Source: Rhynchobatus australiae
Lineage: Eukaryota
Assembly (NCBI GenBank): GCA_034780895.1
Contig: JAUZTB010000107.1
Span: 98,073,831-98,137,830 of the forward strand
DNA: 64,000 nt
Direction: 5' to 3'
A program made the position numbers and the translations under genes. Positions within the stretch are counted from its first letter, which is position 1. Each line of letters starts with the position of its first letter. This document shows, one piece after another, positions 56,671 to 64,000 of this stretch. The notes below the pieces were generated by a model. It saw only the letters and a program-made list of their open reading frames with translations, did no database searches and was not told the origin of the DNA.

Positions 56671-59600
56671 NNNNNNNNNNNNNNNNNNNNNNNNNNNNNN
56701 NNNNNNNNNNNNNNNNNNNNNNNNNNNNNNNNNNNNNNNNNNNNNNNNNNNNNNNNNNNNNNNNNNNNCCCGCCGGTGTTTGATTGTGGGGTTGGGGGGG
56801 GGGGGGGTGTGGAGGATAGGGTAGGGGATTGGCAATGGGTAAGGGGGGGGCGGTGAGGGGTGAAGAGAACATGGAAAAATCTTTTTGGCTGAAGGGCGTG
56901 GGATTTTTTTTGCTAGTTTCTTGCAACATACTAATTTTATTAGGGAAATCTGCAACCGTTTTCGCCTATTTTCTGCTGCTCTAAGCCACTTTAGTTTAAA
57001 TAACAAAAGTGGAGATCTTTAAAAGTTGATCTGAGCGGGAGTATTTTTTAAACATAAAATGCAAATATTTAGCGTTAACTCCTTTCTGTGTTTTAAGCAC
57101 TCACAACTATGTGTGTCGCGGGAGCGTCATCCAGGGATAGATTGGGGAACATTTAACGGTTCTGGTGTATATAAAGTATTTTCAACTATGAAATTAAATT
57201 ATATGCGCTGATTATTAATGTGGATCCACTCTTGTTTTGGAGGGATTAATAGGGTAAAGAAGGCTGGGACAGTGTGTTGCAGCAGGATTTAAACATTTAT
57301 GAGGTGTTACACTGGTGTTCGTTTCACGAACAAATATACAGTTCGAAGTGTAGGAAAGTTTATCCCTTCCCTGAGCCAGTCAAATACCAGTATCTGCTTA
57401 GCAACATCAAACACCGTGTCCCGCACACCGCTTTATTTAGCCACAGCAGATCCTGTGGCTTATGCAAGAATTTAGTTTTTGCGGCAAGAAAGAAAGTTCG
57501 GCACTATACTGAAAGTGAGGTTATGGCCCTGTTATACTCCGGCCGGAAATTAGTTAGTGATTTTTTATCTTTCCTGACACTAGCAGACTTCCAGGCGTGT
57601 TATGTTTTTTTGACAAAATCAGACGGCTGGTGTTCTTAGCGGCACAGACGATCAAAGAGATCCTCAGTCAGAGGCATCTGTTAACTTTTTTTTCTTCCCG
57701 AGACTGAGTATGAAACTTTCTCAGCATGTAATAACTTATTGAGTTCTCTAGCCCGCAGTCCCGGCTTGGTAATTCAGTAAGCTAGAGTCCAGGGAAGTTT
57801 GGGTTTTCGTGGAGGATGTTGGATCGGACGAAGGTGGGGATGGGGGAGGGGAGAGGTTTGTGGAGAATACTTTTATTTTCTTAGGCTTTGTATTTTTTTT
57901 ACCTCGGTACTGTTTTCCTACAGATTGTCAAGCGATTTGAATTACCGCCTACATCACATGGATGCAAACGTGTTTCATGTTAAAACAAAACGTGTTTCCA
58001 ATTCCAAAACACAGCTTGCGAAGGCGATCCCAGACCGTGCTTCGAGAATCTATACACACTGCGTAATCTGCAAATAGGAAACTCGCATGGCTTACGGTGG
58101 AAAAGAAAGTAAACTGTAGTGTGTTACGGGAGGCACGGAGAAAAATAACGTGATGATAAATTGCTGTTTGCTTGTATCTTTCTACGGGCACACATGAATG
58201 GGANNNNNNNNNNNNNNNNNNNNNNNNNNNNNNNNNNNNNNNNNNNNNNNNNNNNNNNNNNNNNNNNNNNNNNNNNNNNNNNNNNNNNNNNNNNNNNNNN
58301 NNNTGGGAGGATTTTATACAGAACCCCGCTCTTTATAACAGCCTTACGATTTCATATTTTTCTTCTAATACCCGAACGCAATGCTGGTCACAATCCCTCC
58401 CCCAACATACAGTCTTATGTCTGCATCTGTAACTTGCTCTCAGTACAGATCGTCCGTTTAAGTCGCTCTGAGTACATACGTCTGCCATCTACGTAAAAAA
58501 GTAGTTTAGACTTTTTTTTCAGCGAGGAGTAGGGTGGCAAAACGGGCTACTAACTCAAACATGTACGTTGTGGCTCCTCAGATTATTCACCAAGGGTACT
58601 AAAGGGGAACGGAAACCTAGTGCTGCGATATCCGTGGATTTAGGCCGTCGTCCTAAGCTGATTTGCGGCAGGGCTTGAAGCCTGCAGTCTAGCACACAGC
58701 AGACCTACAGTGCAAGAGAGAAAAAAAAGGTAGGTTTTTTTTCAAAGGGAGGTGGGAGTTATAACGTGGAAAGAAATTTATGGGGGCGGGGGTGGTGGAG
58801 GAGAGAAACAGAAATACCAGATTTAAACTGGGAGAGAAATAAGGAGAAAGGCGTGAGCAATGTTATACGTGCGAGGAATGTATCCAGAGAAACAAGAAAG
58901 AAAAATGGTTAAAAAGTATGATCAGATGAGAACACGTGGGGGAGGGATATGGGCATGGCGGTGGGGGGAAAAGATCACACAGTTGTTCAAACATTTCTCT
59001 TCAGTCATAGCAAGTATGTTGAAGATAATCAAAGGTTCGCCCAATTTGTAAACACTAACCTTCAGAACGTAAGACGGGCCAGTGAGATAATGCAGAAAAA
59101 ATGTCATCAACGCATATTCACCGTCTAATATTAATTTCATGTATGGATCTTAAAGGCTTTGGGATATCCAATGTAATAATGCTTGCACTACGGTGTGTGT
59201 TTCCCCTCTAAAACAGCAAATATTTTTAAAAGTTGGCATTTTTATTTCTGTTTATTCTCATATTATTTGCATCCACCATATTTTGAATCCATCAAAACCA
59301 TCACGCGGAATGACAAACCGGGCTGATAACCGATAGATTTTTGCGTGTTTTTTTTAATCACCCAAAGCTCTAACATGCAGCAGAGAAGGGTGTAGTGTCG
59401 ATTTGTGAATGCTGACACGTTTATACTTCAGCCTCCAGGGCTTCACACTGCAGGCTTAAAATAAAATTTGTACATGTGCTTCTGCATTACCTGATCAAGC
59501 CCCCACCTTGGTGTCGGTTTGTCCGCTGTCTTCCGAGCAATTTTTCAGTAGCAACTGTCAGTCCCTAGAAAAGAACACAGTGCTTATGCACGTTTCAATA

Positions 59601-62600
59601 TATAAATGCTTCTGTAAACGTAAATATAAAGGAAACATATGAGCAAATATTATTGTAAAATAACATATTTGCATTATGTGATTATGGGAATGTTATTCCA
59701 CATATGCATGCATTATTACACATAAAGTATCGTGCACCACGAATTTCACAGTATTGTTTCATGTATTTGAAATAAAACAAAAGAGTAGAAAGAAAGAATA
59801 TTTCATTACGATAGNNNNNNNNNNNNNNNNNNNNNNNNNNNNNNNNNNNNNNNNNNNNNNNNNNNNNNNNNNNNNNNNNNNNNNNNNNNNNNNNNNNNNN
59901 NNNNNNNNNNNNNNAGAAAGAATATTTCATTACGATAGACACCTAAGGAAAAAAAATACTCAGCATGGCATATACATTGCGTTCATGTTGCTGATTCTTC
60001 ATTGTAAATGTTTCTGGATTAAGTGTTTTGTGTTATAGGTTAAGTATAGAATGTGTACGGTACGTGCACTCATGAGATTGAGGTGATTCACCAATTCACT
60101 TTTTCATATTGTGTGATTGATCCTCTCACATAATCACTTGTTTTACTTGGAAAGATTACAAACGTTGGCAAATTATGGAACAATTTTTTGCTGGAAGAAA
60201 AATACAAATTTTGTCCCAAATAGTCTAGAAAATAGCATGTTACTCTTATTTTCATCTGTGGGTTTTTTTTTACTATGTGATTAAAATATCACAGAAGAAC
60301 ACGAGGTAGGTTTTATATCCCTCTTATGGCGGGTAGTTCACAACTTCCTGTACCCCATTATAAACAGGAAATTATTACAGAATTCCAGGTTTGTAGACTC
60401 CAGGATCAACACGAAAGAAGTCCAACTGAGATGCCAAGGAACTTTGATTATACCTTAGTGTAGTATGAAACACAGCGAAAAAAAATACTACAATGAATGC
60501 AATAAATAGGCATGGTACTCAACTATAGTTAAAAACACAACTGATCAGTGTAAATTCCAAATTATTTCTTCGCAAAATATTTTTTCGAGGAAAGCGTTGG
60601 AAGAGAAATGATTACGGAAACATTTTTATATATAAAAGCTCAATTTTGCCGTTATTTTGATGCAACGTTGTCATTAATCGTTTTTGATCACAAATTCGAT
60701 CTGAAAAGGAGCTAGAAATCTCGTTATTTAGCTTCCCAAGATTCCATGCGTTATACTCGTTTTTTTCAACCCACTCACTGAACGTTTACCGTAATGAACA
60801 AGGAAATACTTCATTTTTACTACAGTTTAATTTGGCTGGTTGCAAGTATGTGAGTTTGTGCGTGTTTGCAGTTTAAATCATAAGGTCTAATCTAAGCATA
60901 TCCTGACTCATGCTGCCAACAACGCAATGACCAATTGCATTTCTGGGAAAGGGCAATATTTCCCCATTAAATCATCCCCCCCCAAAAAAAAATCTTAAAG
61001 TGGAGGAACAGGAAACCGATAACAGCATTTTTGAGAAGCAAAATAATATGGACTAGTTTTATCTAATTGCTAAGATTGACTCCGCATACTCAAGCTGTGA
61101 GTGATTTACGTTGGTAATATACGGTGCTGGAATTTAGTGTCATTCTATCTTGTCAAGATACAATTGCAAATATTTAATTAAATAAGTTTGGTTAAGAAAA
61201 AAAAGTCGTATAGCATGTTTTATGTGCAAAATATACAAGCTGCTTATATTAAATAAAAGAAGAAGAATATCCCAGATTAAAGAAAGTAGTAACTATAACA
61301 TACTGAATGATAGATACATCGCGGTTAATTAGCAACNNNNNNNNNNNNNNNNNNNNNNNNNNNNNNNNNNNNNAACAAGTCTACCTCTGCATTCACATCT
61401 CACTCTATTTAATCATTTTGAGTTGATTTGTTTCTGTTAGGTTTTTACATCTCTAAAAGCTAAATAACCTCAAGTATTAACAGAAGGAAATAAGTGTTAG
61501 ACTTTTGTCTGGCTAATTATATTTTTGAAAGTAATCTTCAAGCAGCACCAATTGATTGCATTGTTTGGTTTTGCCTGAGCAATATGTCAGTATCTACATC
61601 ATATCTGTTTTTCACGCATGTAATTCTGCAGAAGTCAGATTTAAAATGTTAACATTATTGTATTATTATACATTTCTTATGATGATGGATGCAATAAAAG
61701 GCTAGTAAACCAGAATCGAGGCAGTATAGTCGTTTTCTACAGCTATGGGTTTGTAGACGGATGAGAGTATTCGTTTTAAAGGAAGCATTAGTTTCTCCCA
61801 TCGAAGGAAGCTGGGATGTGACAACAAGTTATCACCATGGCAGAGAAAAATGGGAGCTCTGTATACAATTCTAATTAGAGTTAAGATCACTAGATGCACC
61901 TTTAATATAGCCACAATATAAACACACTGCATATAAAAACCTAAATTATATACGATATTGAGTGAATTCAACACAGTTTTCATAGTCGGAAACAGATACA
62001 CGTGATTAGTTCATTTACCTGCTGCGTTGACCGCGGAGATAGCCATCGTAGTCTATACCTCACAACTAGTGCATGACTGGAGCTGACTATATAGCTAGGG
62101 AAAGATAGACACAAGAGAACTTGTACCATTATGCATATGATTGTATCTTCGTAGAATAATTATAGTAACCAAGAGCTGTATTTATATTTCCAACGTCTAA
62201 ATTCGACATTTAACCCATCTCAGCATTAACTTTCCGAATTATATTCCACAATCAAATCATATTCCACAATAGTACCAAATTTGGAGCGACGATACTTTGA
62301 ATTCTGCAAATTTGAAGCATGCCTTTTGATGCTGCCGTAAAAAAAATGTCCTTATGCCTTTAACTGAGACTATGTCCACGAGTGGTGCGTTGTATTCTTC
62401 TTTTGGAAACTCGGAACAATTATGAAGGAAAGACCTACACTTTTCAGTTGTTGCCGAATGACTGCTAACTATTTATTAAAAACAGTCTTGTTGACACTAA
62501 CCCCACAAAGTTTTCAGCTAACTTCCGTGCTTTATCATTATTAAATAGTTGTGATACTGGAAAGCTTTTCTGAAATGAATTGGAGGGCTGTGATTATGAT

Positions 62601-63019
62601 TAAACATTTCCATGTAGATACCTGCATCCCCGATATTTATGAGGATAGAAATCCACCAAGAAGATCAAAGCTTCACTCTTACATTGATCTAAAATACTCA
62701 TCCAACTTATATTATACTCAAATCATCCATAAATGAATAAAATAATGCAAGTGTCATAGAATAATATGGACTTCAAGCACACTGGGTCGAAGGTTGTTGT
62801 TACAATACGATCGTCGTCAAATATTAATTCTGGTACTTCCAGGCAGAGTACATTGATCTACAGCAAACAGATGCTTGCGGGATGTACTTTCACTAATTTG
62901 TACAGTATGTGACCATATAAAACAATGTAAGTGACCACGGTTCATACTGGAGGTCGAAAACAATGCTCATAGAGAATCCATTGTCTTTGGAAATATATAT
63001 AGTTAGGTCAATAGTTAGG

Positions 63020-63082
63020 TTGGTAGATGAATGGATGCACAGATAGACAGAGAGAGATAGGTAGATAGATAGACAGATTGAT
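63020..63082. repeat. Degenerate GATA/GACA repeat
   Basis: agatagacagagagagataggtagatagatagacagattgat. Confidence 0.7.
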
Positions 63083-63521
63083 ATGCATTATGAAGATAAT
63101 ATATTATATTGTTTCAACAGCTTATCAAACGAATATAATAAAACTTTGTATATTCTAGGTGGTTAATTGAGAGTGTGGTAATTACCATGCTAAGACTGTT
63201 TTTTATTCTTTGGTTATTGTATAACGTGGTTTCAAATGCAGTATGCGAATTCGAATTCTATGAACAATGCATTTTGCGAGCCTGCATTTTAGTAGTTCTC
63301 ATGATATTATTTAGATGTAAGTTAAAAATTCGATTATGTTATATCCCCGCCGGTCCTGGAACTGGTTATGTCCTGAGTTCATCCTGTGTTAAACAATGCT
63401 GAAGATAATGCAGGGGTTGGCAGCGTAATTTTAAGTAAACCAAGTCAATTCAAAGGAAGAAAAATAAAACTATGACAGAGTAACTAATTTTTGAAACATG
63501 ATTTTTTGTGTATGTCAACGC

Positions 63522-63590
63522 TCTCTCTCTCTCTCTTTCTCGCTTTGTGTGTATGTGTGGGTGTGGGTGTGTGCACGCGTGCAAGTGTAT
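63522..63590. repeat. (CT)n and degenerate (GT)n simple repeats
   Basis: ctctctctctctctct followed by gtgtgtatgtgtgggtgtgggtgtgtgc. Confidence 0.75.
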
Positions 63591-64000
63591 CAGTTAAAAA
63601 ATAAACTGACCTGCTGAATGCTTAATGCAACGTCATATTTTGCCGTGAGTGTCATTTTGAAAGAATATGCATTTTATTCTGAGACAGGACGAGCAACACT
63701 GAGGGATGTTTGACAACTTTAAAAAAGTGCAAACAATGGTAACTTTTTGGTACAATGTTATAGATATATAGATAATTAAATAGCTAAATAACTGCGCAGA
63801 TACCAAAGGGCCAGCAATGAAGTAGGGCGTAAAGTTGCAGGCCGTGTACTTAGGGATACAAATATTCATTCAGTAAATAATATTTGCAATATATAATGCA
63901 CAACAGACTTATAGCTTCTGTTTCAATTTCTTCATGTGAGTTTTTAATGCTGCACGAATGGTAACATAGCGTCGCACTAGATATCATGTCAGATTAAATG

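Noticed and set aside
59791-59938. 24-bp direct repeat agaaagaatatttcattacgatag either side of a 100-N gap
   Set aside because: Typical unmerged contig overlap; assembly artefact

Overview
Vertebrate genomic DNA from a gappy assembly, very probably a cartilaginous fish (HE1-like SINE, CR1/HER1-like LINEs and a recurring Penelope-like repeat typical of sharks and rays). The only confidently identified gene is Zic4 on the minus strand: two coding exons (56388-55245 and 52121-51685), about 526 aa, five C2H2 zinc fingers, with a 101-N gap whose size matches the missing ZF2-ZF3 segment exactly. Bases 1 to ~16 kb are rich in decayed retroelements and depleted of CpG. From ~16.1 kb to the end the DNA retains CpG, is almost free of transposons and carries many enhancer-like blocks, as expected for the Zic1/Zic4 regulatory domain; Zic1 itself is not in the window. 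The most unexpected observation is a candidate unannotated, decayed or fast-evolving spliced gene on the minus strand at ~17.0-20.85 kb, with an RFX X-box, a Kozak ATG, splice sites, broken Lys/Arg/Ser-rich frames and a stop followed by AATAAA. Repeat boundaries are approximate, and all family assignments are by eye without database searches.
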